Origin: Callorhinchus milii
Taxonomy: Eukaryota
NCBI RefSeq assembly: GCF_018977255.1
Contig: NW_024704836.1
Location: forward strand, 1-64,000
Length of the DNA stretch: 64,000 nt
Direction of reading: 5' to 3'
Below are positions 34,590 through 48,784 of the stretch, one piece after another; the stretch's first letter is position 1, and each line of letters begins with the position of its first letter. The notes under the pieces were generated by a model, which was not told the origin of the DNA, did not search any database, and was given only the letters and a program-made list of their open reading frames with translations. The position numbers and the translations under genes are program-made.

Positions 34590-35790
34590 CGTCCCTGTTA
34601 AGATCAGACTATATAAAGGTGTCGCTGTTCATATCAGACTATATAGAGGTGTCACTGTTCATATCAGACTATGTGGAGATGTCGCTGTTCATATCAGACT
34701 ATATAGAGTTGTCACTGTTAATATCAGACTCCATAGAGTTGTCACTTAATATCAGATTATATAGAGGTGTCACCGTTAATACAATAATAATAATCCTTGC
34801 ATTTGATATAGCGCCTTACCACGTCAAGTCATCTCAAAGTGCTTCACAGAAGATACTGCAAAGTTTAGTGACTGTGTTTTATGGGTGAAACAGACCAGCC
34901 AACTGCGCACAACAGTGTCCCAAAAACAGCAGTGGATTGAGTGACCCAATTATTGTTATTTGATGGGATTATTACACCCGGAAAGCAATCTGCCAATCGA
35001 CTAATATCCGGGTTTCCACTTGCTGCTCAGTAAGCAGAAGTGTGTGTGGGTGTGTTTGTGGAGTAAGGAAACTTGGCTGATATTAGTGGTGAGTGAGAGA
35101 TGGGATAAGACGCAAATATAGTGCAAGAAAAAAAAATAAGATCTCGTTAACACAGATCATTGTGGTTCTGTTACCCCTCTCTTTCCCCTTCCCCCTCCCT
35201 CCTGTTAATATGGGACCATATAGAGGTGTCACTGTTAATATCAGACTGAATAGACATGTCATTCTTAATATAGAACACATAGAGGTGTCAATGTTACTAT
35301 CAAAATATATAGAGATGTCACTGTTTATATCCCTATATACAGATATGTCACTTTTAATATTGGACTATATAGAGGCAACACTGATAATATCAGACTACAT
35401 GGAGGTGTCACTGTTAATATTAGATTATACAGAAGTGTCACTGTTAATATCAGACTATGTAGAGGTGTCTCTGTTAATATCAGACTGTATAGGGGAGCAA
35501 CGGTCAATATCAGACTATATTGAGGTGTCACAGTTAATATCAGATTATGTAGAGGTGTCGCTGTTCATATGGTACTGTATAGAGGTGTCACTGTTAATAT
35601 CAGACTATAAAGAGGTGTCAATGTTAATATCACTTCTAATATCGCACTCTATAGAGGTGTCACTGCTAATATCACCCTTTATAGAGGTGTCACTGTTTAC
35701 ATCACTCCATATAGAGGTGTCACTGATAATAAACAACATGCTATATAGAGTTGTCACTGTTAATATGGGGGATGTGTACAAGAAGCAAAT
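34590..35790. repeat. ~30-bp minisatellite (TATAGAGGTGTCACTGTTAATATCAGAC) between D and the V array, interrupted by SINE remnants
   Basis: Tandem units visible at about 34590-34780 and 35200-35780. Confidence 0.9.
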
Positions 35791-36394
35791 GGCAAGAAAT
35801 GGTGCAAGAGCTAATGAGTTGGAGGTTCCTCCACTTACTCAGCGAGATCACCTCGTGACAGCACTGTGAACTGCAAGGTGCAAAATCAGCACCATAATCA
35901 GAGATAGAACACGAATAATAACAGTGATCCTTCCATCTGATATAGAGCCTGATCACGTCTTCGAGATATTTCAAAGCGCTTCACAGAATATACAGTAAAG
36001 TGAAGGGACTTCTGTTGGCGAAAATCGGTAGTCAATTGCGGCAAACAGTGTCCCACAAACCGTCATGTATTGAGTGACCAAATTATTACAGTATTATTAC
36101 ACTGAGTTACAGTATTGCACAAACGTTGGAAGTTTTGGGACGTCCTCCCGACATGAAAGGCGCTTTATAAATGTAATTGTGTTGTTGTTGTTGTGGAAGT
36201 TGCTGAGATGGAGCAATGGCTTACACCTGCCAAGAACCTCTCTCTCTCTCGCTCCATCTATCGCTGGTGTTGACCTTGACACACGGTGCTGTATTCTGAG
36301 GTATCTGCATCTACACGTGTGGTGTAGGCAGGGTTTTTGTATCCTGTGTGTGGTTTATGTGTGAGAGATCTATATCTCTCTCTCTCACGCTGAA

Positions 36395-36923
36395 CGCTTC
36401 TCCAGCAACACAGTATTACGACCCCTCCTGCAGATGTATTCCTGGAGGAGTTCTCCAGGGAGGAATTCTTATAGTTCCTCCTCGGAGTAATGCTGTAGTC
36501 AGGTTTAAAATTCTCCTCAACTGTTGGGCTTGAGTAAAGGCTATGTCTGATTAAATATGAGGCCTCCCAGCTGGGGTTGAAGGTACCAAAGCATTCTTTC
36601 ATAGGCTGTTTCCTTCGGGTAACATCTCGAAGTCACTATCTCTCCCTCTCCTGCTACTAAGTCACCAAAGCTCCCAGTGATAGACCTGCAAAGACAATAT
36701 AATATCCGTCATCCTGCCCATAGGGCATGTATCTACCCGGATTCCCGGATTCTATACACACACACACACACACACATAGAGTGGCATCATCTCAGACAGA
36801 GAGAATAGGATGATATGAAATCCCAGTGTATTTGCGAGCCTGAGGGGATGAGTGAGATGTTGAGACATACTCACGGGGCCAGAGGATGGAGATCAGAGAG
36901 ACAGTGAGAAAGGACAGACTCAT
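36395..36923 (-). pseudogene. TRBV: V1, D-proximal V pseudogene
   Basis: Leader 36875-36923, V exon 36395-36685 with TAG stops and frameshifts; heptamer TTCAGCG and a 27-nt spacer. Confidence 0.9.
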
Positions 36924-37508
36924 TGTTGGCAGAGACTTGGATTAACCGTGCGAACCTCACACCAGAGCTCAGATTTTCTCTCTCTCTATATATATCACAC
37001 ACCCTCTTTTTCTCTCTCTCTTTCTCACTTACACTATGTGTCTCCTCCCACTCCCCACCCCTCCTCCGCCCCCTCACCTCATCAGTAACGCCCTGGAAGA
37101 CTGCGGACTCGCTCAGGAACCGGTCTCCATCTCATCCCAATCGGTGGACTCAATTCAGACATTCTATTGCCAAGCACATCACCTTGGAGCCAGTTTGGCT
37201 CAGAGGAAACCCCGGCGGCTTCCAGACAACCAGTGAAGCTACAGCACCCACAGGGGCAGGAACTGGAGGGAGAGAAGTGGGTTCCAGGTTTCGTGACAGA
37301 GACACGGAGTGAACAACAGCAACAAGAAGTTGCATTTAATCAGCGGGTTTCACATGGGGAAAATAATGTGGGGAGATGGGGAGATAAAGCCATGATCTGC
37401 CCCTCAACTCAAACCCTCCCTTTCGCTCTCTGTCTCTCATCGTCTGTGTTGACCTGGTTTTGGATTTGAAAAGGCAGAGTACAGGTGTCGGGGAGGTGGA
37501 AGGGGCAC

Positions 37509-37549
<41 letters not shown>

Positions 37550-37630
37550 GTGGCGGGGGGGTGGCAGGGTAGCTTTGTATATCCGGTGTGAGGTTTATGT
37601 ATGAGAGATCTGTCTGTCTCTCACGCTGTG

Positions 37631-38170
37631 CCCATCTTTAGCAGCACAGTAATACACCCCCTCCTGGGCTGCGGTCATGTTGGAGATCTTCAGGGAGGAT
37701 TCTTTGTTTCCAGTCTGTATAATCGTGTAGTGAGCTTCCATACCCGCCTCGTAATTTAGGCTTGACGCCCAGGCATATCCGATCAATGTTAGGCCTCCTT
37801 GATGGGGTTGGAGGTACCAGAGCATCATGTTATAGTCTGTGTCATTCTGATAACAATTCAAACTCTCTGTCTCCCCCTCTCTGGCTGTGACTGTCCGCGG
37901 CCACTGAGTCAACAAAGCTCCCAGTGACAGACCTGCAAAGACAATATAACATCATTCATTCTGCCCACAGGGAATGTCCTGGTCTGATTCCCGGGATTAC
38001 ACACACACACACACACACACACAGAGTGGCATCATCTCACACACAGAGAGAAGTGGGTGATATGAAATCGCAGTGTATTTGGGAACCTGAGGGGAATTGA
38101 GAGATGTTGAGAGATACTCACAGGGCCAGAGGATGGAGATCACAGAGACAGTGAGGAAGGACAGACTCAT
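37631..38170 (-). CDS. TRBV: V2, intact
   Basis: Leader 38122-38170, V exon 37631-37932 open, CACAGCG-23-ACATAAACC. Confidence 0.92.
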
Positions 38171-39445
38171 TGCTCGCAGAGACTTGGATTAACATTGGGA
38201 ACCTCACACCAGAGCTCTGGTTCCTCTCTCTCTCTCTCTCTCCTTCTCTCTGTCTCACACACTCTCTTTTTCTCTTTCTCGCTTACACTCTATTGTCTCC
38301 TCCCACTCCACCACAGACGTAAATCTCTGTCACAGATAATCCACCAATGACACAATAGTGTGTGAGCCGTGCCCCTAGTGGGACATTGTATTCCTTGTTG
38401 GAAACAGACCCAATGGGCCGAATGGCGCCCACATACACAATGGTCCTGTGCTGTATGATTCTATGATTGTTGGGCTGTGGAGACGTGGGGAGGGGGAGGG
38501 AACGGCCTGAGACATTTTCTTTGGCCGGCCCGGTGTCTGGCACACGTGGAAACCCATCACAGCAGCTAAGATTCTCCAAACCAAACTGAAATGTCCATGT
38601 AACCCACCCATACATACAAATCCCAGAGAGAGATCATTGGAATGTCATGCGCACTCTCTACCCAGAGGGTCCCATCCTGCTTAACTAATTCCGGAGAGTG
38701 TGAGGTGCCGTTTGGCGAGCTCCCAGGCTTGGCGGGATCCCACACTGTGCATTGGAGTGTAACCAGCTAAAACCACGTAGCTTGCCATTGATACTGCTGT
38801 CTGGCAAGCTTTCACGCTGCTTTTCCAGTTGGGACCAACCTACCTGTTGTGCTTTGGCTTGAACAGAAGCAAAGAGCGTAGGTTCCTTTGAAGCAGTGAT
38901 GTGTTAGCCATTCCTGGTGCTGCCGATGAGCCAGACTGGGTTGTTCCATCATCAGCAATGCCCTGGAAGACTGCAGACTCGCTCAGGAACTGGACTCCAT
39001 CTCATCGCAATGGGTGGACTCAATTCAGACATTCTATGGCCAAGCACATCACCTTGTAGCCAGTTTGGCTCAGAGGAGACCCCGCCAGCTTCCAGACAAC
39101 CAGTGAAGCTACAGCACCACCAGGGGCAGGAACTGCAGAGAGAGAAGTGGATTCCAGGTTTCGTGACAGAGACACGGAGTGAGCAACAGCAACAAGAAAT
39201 TGCATTGAATCAGCGGGTTCCACATGGGGAAAATAATGTAGGGAGATGGGGAGATAAAGCCATGATGTGCCCCTCAACTCAAACCCTACTTTTCGCTCTC
39301 TGTGTCTCAATGTCGGGGTTGACCTCATTTTGTATTTGAAAAGGCAGAGTACAGGTGTCGGGGATGTGGAAGGGGCACTTGTGTGTGTGTGTATGTGTGG
39401 GAGTGAGGTTTATGTATGAGAGATCTGTCTGTCTCTCACGCTGTG

Positions 39446-40016
39446 CCCATCTTTAGCAGCACAGTAATACACCCCCTCCTGGATTGCAGTCATGTTGGAG
39501 ATCTTCAGGGAGGATTCTTTGTTTCCAGTCTGTGTAATCGTGTAGTGAGCTTCCATACCCGTCTCGTAATTTGGGTTTGACACCAAGGCATATCCGATCA
39601 ATGTTAGGCCTCCCTGATGGGGTTGGAGGTACCAGAGCATTGTGTTATAGTCTGTGTCATTCTGATAACAATTCAAACTCTCTGTCTCCCCCTCTCTGGC
39701 TGTGACTGTCCGCGGCCACTGAGTCAACAAAGCTCCCACTGACAGACCTGCAAAGACAATATAACATCCATCATTCTGCCCACAGAGAATGTTCTGGTCT
39801 GATCCCGGGATTAAACACACACACACACACACATACATACGGACATGCACACATACACACACATACATGCAGAGTGGCATCATCTCAGACAGAGAGAAGT
39901 GGATGACATGAAATCCGAGTGTATTTGGGAGCCTGAGGGGAATTGAGAGATGTTGAGAGATACTCACAGGGCCAGAGGATGGAGATCAGAGAGACAGTGA
40001 GAAAGGACAGACTCAT
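39446..40016 (-). CDS. TRBV: V3, intact
   Basis: Leader 39968-40016, V exon 39446-39747 open, 23-RSS. Confidence 0.92.
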
Positions 40017-40224
40017 TGTTGGTAGAGACTTGGATTAACCTTGGGAACCTCACACCAGAGCTCAGGTTCCTCTCTCTCTTTCTCTCTCCCTCTCTATGTC
40101 TCACACACTCTCTTTTTCTCTCTCTCACTTACACTCTAACGTGTCTCCTCCCTCTCCCCACCCCTCCGCCCCCTCCACCACAGACGTGAATCTCTGTCAC
40201 AGATAATCCACCAATGACACAATA

Positions 40225-40735
40225 CAACAAAAGCAACAAGATTCCATTTATAGAGCGCCTTTCACGTCGGGAGGACGTTCCAAGGCGATGTACGGTTGGG
40301 TCAGGACCCGAGCAGTGGGGGAAATGGTCAGGGTGAGGGGAGGGAAGGGTGGGAGCGAGGAGGGGGTAGAGAGTCGAGAGGGGAGCTGAAGGCACGGTCA
40401 AAGAGAAATGTCTTGAGACCAGCCTTGAAGGAGGAAAGGGAGGAGGCGGCGAAGGCACTGGGGGATGGAGTTCCAGAGCCTCGGGGCTGAGAGGCTGAAG
40501 GCCCGGCCACTGATGGTAGGGCAGTTGGGGCGGGGGATGTGGAGCATATGGGAGCCAGAGGAACGGAGGGTATGGGCAGGTAGGTAGGGGGATAGTAGGT
40601 CGGAGAGGTAGGAGGGAGCGAGGCCGTGAATGGCCTTATAGGTGAGGATGAGGATCTTAAAATCGATCCTCTGGGGGATGGGGAGCCAGTGGAGGCGAGC
40701 GAGGGTGGGAGTGATGTGGACGTCCCAAGGCGCTG
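40225..40735 (-). mobile_element. L2 LINE 3' fragment in a V spacer
   Basis: Same L2 tail as at 14125 and 7525. Confidence 0.85.
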
Positions 40736-41793
40736 AAATAGTGTATGAGCCGTGCCCCGAGTGGGACATTGTATTCCTTGTTGGAAACAGACCCAATGTA
40801 TAATTCTATGATTGTTGGGCTATGGAGACGTGGGGAGGGGGAAGGAACGTCCTGAGACATTTTCTTTGGCCGGCCCGGTGTCGGACACACGCGGAAACCC
40901 ATCACAGCAGCTAAGATTCTCCAAACTGAACTGAAATGTCCATGTAACCCACCCACACATACAAATCCCAGAGATAGATCCTTGGAATGTCATGTGCACT
41001 CTCTCCCCAGAGGGTCCCATCCTGCTTAACTAATTCTGGAGAGTGTTAGGTGCAGTTTGGCGAGCTCCTAGGCTTGGTGGGATCCCATACTGTGCGTTGG
41101 AGTGTAACCAGTTAAACCACGTAGCTTGCCATTGATACTGCTGTCTGGCAAGCTTTCTCACTGCTTCTCCAGTTAGGATCAACCTACCTGTTGGGCTTTG
41201 GCTTGAACAGAAGCTCAGAGGGTGGAATCCCTGCCACCAGTGACCGGTTAGCCCTTCCTGGTCCTGCCGATGAGCCAGGCTGGGTTGTGCTATCATCAGC
41301 AACGCCCTGGAAGACTGCGGATTTGCTCAGGAACCGGACTCCATCTCATCCCAATGGATGGACTCATTTCAGACATTCTATGGCCAAGCACATCACCTTG
41401 GAGCCAGTTTGGCTCAGAGGAGACCCCGCCGGCTTCTGGACAACCAGTGAAGCTTCAGCACCCACAGGGGCAGGAACTGCAGGGAGAGAAGTGGTTCCAG
41501 GTTTCGTGACAGAGACACGGAGTGAACAGCAACAACAAGAAATTGCATTTAATCAGCGGGTTTGTGGGGAGATGCGGAGATAAAGCCATGATCTACCCCT
41601 CAACTCAAAGCCTCCCTTTCGCTCTCTGTGTCTCATCGTCGGTGTTGACCTGGTTTTGTATTTGAAGCGGCTGAGTACAGGTGTCGGGGATGTGGAAGGA
41701 GCGCTTGTGTGTGTGGGGGGGGGGGTACGGGGAAGCTTTGTGTATCCTGTGTGAGGTTTATGTATGAGAGATCTGTCTCTCTCTCACACTGTG

Positions 41794-42343
41794 CCCATCT
41801 CTAGCAGCACAGTAATACACCCCCTCCCGGGCTGCGATCATGTTGGAGATCTTCAGGGAGGATTCTTTGTTTCTAGTCTGTGTAATCGTGTAGTGAGCTT
41901 CCATACCCGCCTCGTAATTTGGGCTCGACACCATGGCATATCCGATCAATGTGAGGCCTCCCTGATGGGGTTGGAGGTACCAGAGCATTACTTGATAGTC
42001 TGTATCATTCTGATAACAATGCAAACTCTCTGTCTCCCCCTCTCTGGCTGTGACTGTCCCCGGCCACTGAGTCAGCAAAGCTCCCAGTGACAGACCTGCA
42101 AAGACAATAAGACAGGATCCATCATCCTGCCCACAGGGAATGTTCTGATTCCCGGGATTACACACTCACACATTCTCACACACACACACACACACAGAGT
42201 GGCATCATCTCAGACAGAGATCGAAGTGGATGATATGCAATCCGAGTGTATTTGGGAGCCTGAGGGGAATTGAGAGATGTTGAGAGATACTCACAGGGCC
42301 AGAGGATGGAGATCAGAGAGACAGTGAGAAAGGACAGACTCAT
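41794..42343 (-). CDS. TRBV: V4, intact
   Basis: Leader 42295-42343, V exon 41794-42095 open, CACAGTG-23-ACATAAACC. Confidence 0.92.
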
Positions 42344-42599
42344 TGTTGGCAGAGACTTGGATTAACATTGGGAACCTCACACCAGAGCACAGATTCCTCT
42401 CTCTTTCTCTCTCACTCTCTATGTCTCACACACTCTCTTTTTCTCTTTCTCGCTTACACTCTACGTATCTCCTCCCACTCCCCACCCCTCCGCCCCCCCC
42501 CCCACCTCAGATATAAATCTCTGTCACAGATAATCCACCAATGGCACCAAAGTATTGAACCATAATGAAAGCAGAACTCCCCCATCGTGGGGCATTCAT

Positions 42600-43290
42600 A
42601 GATTCATATAATTATACAGCTCGGAAGCAGGCCATTCGACCCATCGTGTGTGTGTGTGCTGGATCTTTGGAAAGGACTATCCAAATGAATCCCATTTCCC
42701 CGCGTTCTCCCCATAGCCCTGCAAACTTGTCAATCCCAAATAAGTGTCTACCTCTCTCCTCAAAGTTGTTATCGGCTTCCACCAGCCTTTCAGGCAATGC
42801 ATTCCAGATTTGAGCAACTCACTGTGTTTTCCCCCCCCCCACTCTGTTTCTTTTAACAACTATTTTAAATCCATGTCCTCGGGTTACCGACCCACCCGCC
42901 AGTGGGAATAGTTTCTCCTTGTTCACTCTATCGAATCCCCTCTTAATTTTAAAACCTTCTAATACGTCTCCTCTTCACCTTCTCTGCTCCAAGGAGAATA
43001 ATCCCGGCTTCTCCAGCCTCTGTGCTTTATTAACCCACATTGAAAATTTATTTTGTCCCGGATTATAGTCCCTAGAAATTTCTCCACTACTGACGTCAGG
43101 CTGACTGGCCTGTGGTTATCTGGTTTATCCTTCTGCCCCTTTTTGTATAGGGGAGTGACATTTGTAACCCTCCAGTCCTCTGGCACCTCTCTGATGTCCA
43201 AGGAGGATAGCAAGATTGTGGCCCGAGCCTCCGTTATTTCCACCCTTACTTCCCTCAGCATCCCATCCGGCCTGGGTGACTTATCACCAC
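42600..43290 (-). mobile_element. CR1 LINE fragments in a V spacer
   Basis: DKSPRPDG..DWRVTNVTPLYKKG..RPVSLTS motif and CR1 3' end. Confidence 0.85.
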
Positions 43291-43951
43291 CCTTGGACCA
43301 CATTACCCGTTAGGGCTTTGGTTTGCAGTGTTAACAGGAGCTCAGTGGGAGGATTCCTTACTCCGAGTGACTGGTCTGCCCTTCTGGGTCCTGCTGATAA
43401 GCCAAACTGGACAGTGCTGTCATCAGCAGTGCCCTGGAATACTGCAAACACGACTGACTCCGGAACCAGTATAGAGACAGGAACAGATGGTGGACTCAAT
43501 TCCGATATTCCATTGCCGTGCACATCAACTTGGAACCAGATCGGCCCTGAGGAGACCTCGCTGAATTCTAGTGACTTTACAGCTCCCCGCACCCCCCACT
43601 CCCCACTCCCTCCCCCTGGAACTGCAGGGAGAGAAGTTGTTCCCAGGTTTCGTGACGGAGACATGAGGTAATGACATTTAATCAGCGAATTTCACATGGG
43701 GACAATAAGTTGGTGAACTAAAGCCATGGACTACTCCTGCCCTCAACCACTTGCTTTCTCTCTGTCTCTCATTGCCTGCGTTGACCTGGTTTTGTATTTG
43801 AAGGGTGCAGGTGTGGAGGAGCGGATGGGGCCTTCTGTGTGTATGTGCAGTTGGGGCGGGGGAAGCTTGGGGCGGGAGTCACACGTGACTCCTGTGTGAG
43901 GTTTATGTGTGAGGTTTATGTGTGAGAGATGTGTCTCTCTCTCACGCTGTG

Positions 43952-44501
43952 CCCTTCTCTAGCAGCACAGTAATACACCCCCTCCTGGGCTGCGTTCAAG
44001 CTGGAGATCTCCAGGGAGGATTCCTTGTCGTCAGTTGTCTTTGTCATGTTGTAGCCGGATTCAAAGCCTTTCTCATACGTTGGGGACACATAGACATATC
44101 CGATCAATGTGAGGCCTCCCTTGCGGGGTTGGAGGTACTAGAGCATTGCACCAAGGGCACTGTCATTCTGGTAACATCTCAAAGTCACTGTCTCCCCCTC
44201 TCTGGCTGTGACTGTCCCCGGCCACTGAGTCATCAAAGCTCCCAGCGACAGACCTGCAAAGACAATTTAATATCAATCATCCTGCCCACAGGGATTACAC
44301 ACACACACACTGACATACACACTCACATACTCACACACACATTTATACACAAGCACCGCGAGATCATCTCAGACACAGAGAGAGGAGGATGGTATAAAAT
44401 CCCAGTGTATTTAGACCCTGAGGGGAATTGAGAGATGTTGAGAGATACTCACAGGGCCAGAGGATGGAGATCAGAGAGACAGAGAGAAAGGACAGACTCA
44501 T
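43952..44501 (-). pseudogene. TRBV: V5, nonsense pseudogene
   Basis: Leader 44453-44501, V exon 43952-44253; conserved Trp codon is TAG (44138-44140); RSS intact. Confidence 0.88.
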
Positions 44502-45184
44502 TGTTGGCAGAGACTTGGATTAACATTGGGAACCTCACACCAGAGCTCAGGTTCCTCTCTCTCTCTCTCTCTCTGCTTCTCTGTGGACTGAAGCTTTGGT
44601 AAATTGAAGGCAACAATGACAGCAAAGTTTATGAACTACGTGGCGAGTGGACACCCCCCCCAGTGGCTGTTGTTGGGAGGTGGGTGCAGGTGTCGATTGA
44701 ATCCCTATTGAATCCCCCTCATAATTTTGAAAACCTCTATTAAGTCTCCTCTTACTTATCCTTTTCCAAGGAGAATAATCCCAGCGTCTCTAGCCACTCC
44801 TTGTAATTGAAGCCCCTCCATTCCTGGTACTCGGTGGAAGGATTCCCTGCCCCCAGTGACTGGTCTGCCCTTGCAGGTCCTGCCGATGAGCTAGGCTGGG
44901 CTGTGTTGTCATCAGCAGTGCCCGGTTCCTCCTGGCTCAGGACCCAGACTCGAGATCATCGCAGTGGGTAGCCTCAATTCTGACGTTCCATTACCAAGCA
45001 CATAATCTTGGAGCCAGTTCCGCCCCAAGGAGACCCCACTGATCTCCAGACTCCCAGTCATGATACAGTTCCATCCCTCCAGGGGAGGGAGAAAAGTTGG
45101 CCCCAGGTTTCGGGAGAGAGACATAGAGTGAACAACAACATCAATAAATTGCATATAATCAGCGTGTCTCGCACGGGGATAATA

Positions 45185-45495
45185 TTTCTGGAGTCCTTGT
45201 GGTTAGAGCACTGGCTTTGCAAGCGAGAGACCTGGGTTTGATTCCCGGTCAGGGCGAAACCTTGGGCGAGTTTCCTCACTCCACACGCCTGATAATAACC
45301 CCTCAAGAAAAAACCAGTAATAAATTGCTCAGTTCAATCCACGACTGTTTGAGGGACATTGCTGTGCGCAATTGGCAGCCGTGTTTCGCCCACAAATATA
45401 GTCAATTCACTTTACAGTCTATTCTGTGAAGCACTTTGAGACGTCGAGAAGACGTGAAAAGCACAATATCAATGCAAGGATTATTATTATTATTA
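45185..45495 (+). mobile_element. tRNA-derived SINE
   Basis: Same head, body and tail as the 30645 copy. Confidence 0.8.
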
Positions 45496-46003
45496 TTGAT
45501 GTGGGGCGTTGGGGAGATAAAGCCATCGTCTACTGCTACCCCTTTCTTTCTCTCTCCCCTCTCTCCGTCTCTCACACACTCTCTCTCTTTCGGAATGAAG
45601 CTCTGGCAGGTTGAAGCAAAAATGACACCAAAGCTTATGAGCCATCTGGCAAGTAGAACACTCCCCCCCACACCCACCCACCCACCACCACCCAGTGGCC
45701 GCGATTGATAGGTGGGAGACATGGGGGGGAAGGGGCGGGGAGGAATCTCTGTGAACCTATTGCCTCCCCTCGTGTATGGACTGGTAACTGCAAGCATAAA
45801 ATTGGTCCCAAATTTTAGAGAAACATAGAGGGAACTGTTTTGTTGTGTTTTCTTCTTGCAGAGACGAGGTGCAGGTGTTGGTGGGGCAGGAACTGGTTTG
45901 TATGTATGTGTGTGTGTGTGTGTGTGTGTAGGGGGTTAATTGAGTCGTTGTGTATCCTGTGTGAGGTTTATGTACGAGAGATCTGTCTCTCTCTCACGCT
46001 GTG

Positions 46004-46575
46004 CCCTTCTCTCGCAGCGCAGTAATACACCCCCTCCTGGGTTGGGTTCACGCTGGAGATCTCCAGCGTGGAGTTCATCTTGTCAGATGTCTTGGTAATG
46101 TTGTAACCAGATTCCTCATGCGTTACCGTTGTGTAGTAGACATACCCGAGCAATGTGAGGCCTCCCTGATGGGGTTGGAGGTACCAGAGCATTACTTCAT
46201 AGTCTTTGTTATTCTGATAACAATTCAAAGTCACTGTCTCCCCCTCTCTGGCTGTGACTGTCCCCGGCCACTGAGTCACCAAAGCTCCCAGTGACAGACC
46301 TGCAAAGACAATATAACAGTGAGATCGCTCCGACAGGGAATCTGGGCTGAAAGGAGGTGATCAATGGATTACACACACACACACAAAGCGGGATCATCGC
46401 GGACATCCATCAATAGAGGCGAAGGGGTGATGTTGAGTGGAGGATGATATGAAATCCCAGTGTATTCAGGAGCCTGAGGGGAATTGAGAGATGTTGAGAG
46501 ATACTCACAGGGCCAGAGATACTCACAGGGCCAGAGGATGGAGATCAGAGAGACAGTGAGAAAGGACAGACTCAT
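46004..46575 (-). CDS. TRBV: V6, intact
   Basis: Leader 46527-46575, V exon 46004-46299 open, 23-RSS. Confidence 0.92.
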
Positions 46576-47194
46576 TGTTGGCAGAGACTTGGATTAACAT
46601 TAGGAACCTCACACCAGAGCTCAGGTTCCACTCTCTCTCTCCGCCTCAATCTCACAGTCTCTCTTTCTCTTTACCTTTCTCAATAACACTCCCTCTTTCC
46701 CAAAGGTTGTCTCCCTCTGCCTCTCACACTCTCTCTCTCTGTATCTGAGGAATTAAGCTCCAGCACAGTAAAGGCAGCAATGACCCCAATGTGTCGGTAC
46801 CACATCGGAAGTGGGTGTCACTCCCGCCCCCCACCGAGGGACATTGGTTGGGGGTGGAGATGTGGGGGAGTGGGGGTGTCTTACTGAAGCCACAGCCTCC
46901 CCCAGGATCTGGTCCAGGAACTGCAAGTCACAAAATTGGTACCAGATTCAGAGACAGAGACACAGAGGGAACAGTGTGGAGAGTGGGCGACATGGAGCCG
47001 TGGCTACTCTGGTCCTGAACCTCTACTTCTCTCTGTCTCTCAATCGTCTGTGTTGATGGGTTTTATTTCTGCAGAGACTGAGGGCAGGTGTTGGCGGGGG
47101 AGGGGCTGGTGTGTGTGTGTGTGTATAGAATCGAGTGGTTGTGTATCCTGTGTGAGGTTTATGTACGAGAGATCTGTCTCTCTCTCACGCTGTG

Positions 47195-47720
47195 CCCTTC
47201 TCTCGCAGCGCAGTAATACACCCCCTCCTGGGTTGCCTTCTTGATCTCCAGGGAACAGTTCTTATAGTCATCTGTCTGTTTAACTTCGTACTCAAGTTTG
47301 TAAGCATCCTCCATCGTTGGGTTTGACAAATAACCGTATCCAATCAATGTGAGGCCTCCCTGATGGGGTTGTAGGTACCAGAGCATTGTTTGATAGGCTG
47401 TGTCCTTCTGGTGACAATTTAAAGTAACTGTGTCCCCCTCTCTGGCTGTGACTGTCCGCGGCACCTGAGTCACCAAAGCTCCCAGTGACAGACCTGCAAA
47501 GACAATATAACAATGAGATCCGCCGACAGGGAATCTGGGCTGAATGTCCTGGGGGGTGTTCAATGGATTACGCACACACACAAAGCGCAATCATCGCGGA
47601 CAGAGAGAGGGTGTGATGTGAAATCCCTGTGGATTTGAGAGTTTACGGGGATAAGAGATATGTTGAGAGATACTCACAGGGCCAGAGGATGGAGATCAGA
47701 GAGACAGTGAGAGAGGACAT
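47195..47720 (-). CDS. TRBV: V7, intact (leader 2 codons shorter)
   Basis: Leader 47678-47720, V exon 47195-47493 open, 23-RSS. Confidence 0.9.
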
Positions 47721-48784
47721 TGTTGGCAGAGACTTGGATTAACATTGGGAACCTCACACCTCAGTTCTCTCTTCCTCCCTCTTTATCCTCACACGCGGTC
47801 ACACACTGTATCTCACACTCTTTTTATCTCTCACATCGACTCTCTCTCTCTGGCTTTTTTTTCTGGACTGAAGCTCTGACGGATTGAAGGCACCAATGAC
47901 ACCAAAGTATTCGAAAGATATCACAAGCCCCAACCCCCCCCACCCCCCACCCTGTGGGACAGGAGAGTGAATCAGTGACGCTGCAGCCTCCCCTCGGGGA
48001 TAGACTTGTAACTACAGGGTTCAAAATTGTTCCCAGGTTTAGATATGGAGATACAGAGAAAATACGGTGGAGGAAGTTGGTTCAATGGAGGCAGGGAGAT
48101 GGTTAATATTGTGTGTTTGTGTGTGTTCAACATGAGGTAGTTACTTGTGTGTGTGTGTGTTGGGGGGTTGGGATGAGACAGAGAAGACTCAGGGAAAGTT
48201 GAGCACTGGTGTTGGTGACTATGGAAGAGAAGTGTGAAGGATAATTATCCATTTGGCAGTGAGGGGGTTAATTCAAGGTGACGTTGTAGATGCAGTCGGG
48301 GACCGTCTTATCTTTTTGTGTCGGTGTCTCAGAAGGTGTGAGAGACAGACCCACCCCACGTTTGCCGGCCATGAAGACCCATGAAGGCGCTGAGTAAACC
48401 CCAGTCCTTGTTGGCTTTGAGTTGGAGAGTCAGTGAGTTTGGGAGTCAGTGTGTGTGAGTGTGAGAGTGTCAGTGAGGCAGTGAGTGTGTGAGTGAGTCG
48501 GTGGGTGTGTGTGTTCCCCGCCCTGACGGCTTTAATCGGGGACAGAGACAGAGACACAGAGGGAACAGTGTGGAGAGTGGGCGACATGGAGCCGTGGCTA
48601 CTCCGGCCCTGAACCTCTATTTCTCTCTGTCTCTCAATGGTCTGTGTTGTTGGGTTTTATTTCTGCGGAGACTGAGGGCAGGTGTTGGTGGGGGAGGGGC
48701 TGGTGTGTGTGTGTATAGAATCGAGTCGTTGTTTGTCCTGTGTGAGGTTTATGTACGAGAGATCTGTCTCTATCTCACGCTGTG

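Noticed and set aside
35093-35869. 258-aa ORF with YIEVSLLISD repeats
   Set aside because: It is the translation of the 30-bp minisatellite; no splice or promoter support.
38520-38611. LVWRILAAVMGFHVC resembling a TCR alpha/delta transmembrane helix (RIL..V.GF)
   Set aside because: It lacks the conserved Lys/Asn, has upstream stops and no acceptor, and the same DNA forms the 9.6 kb minisatellite. Probably chance.
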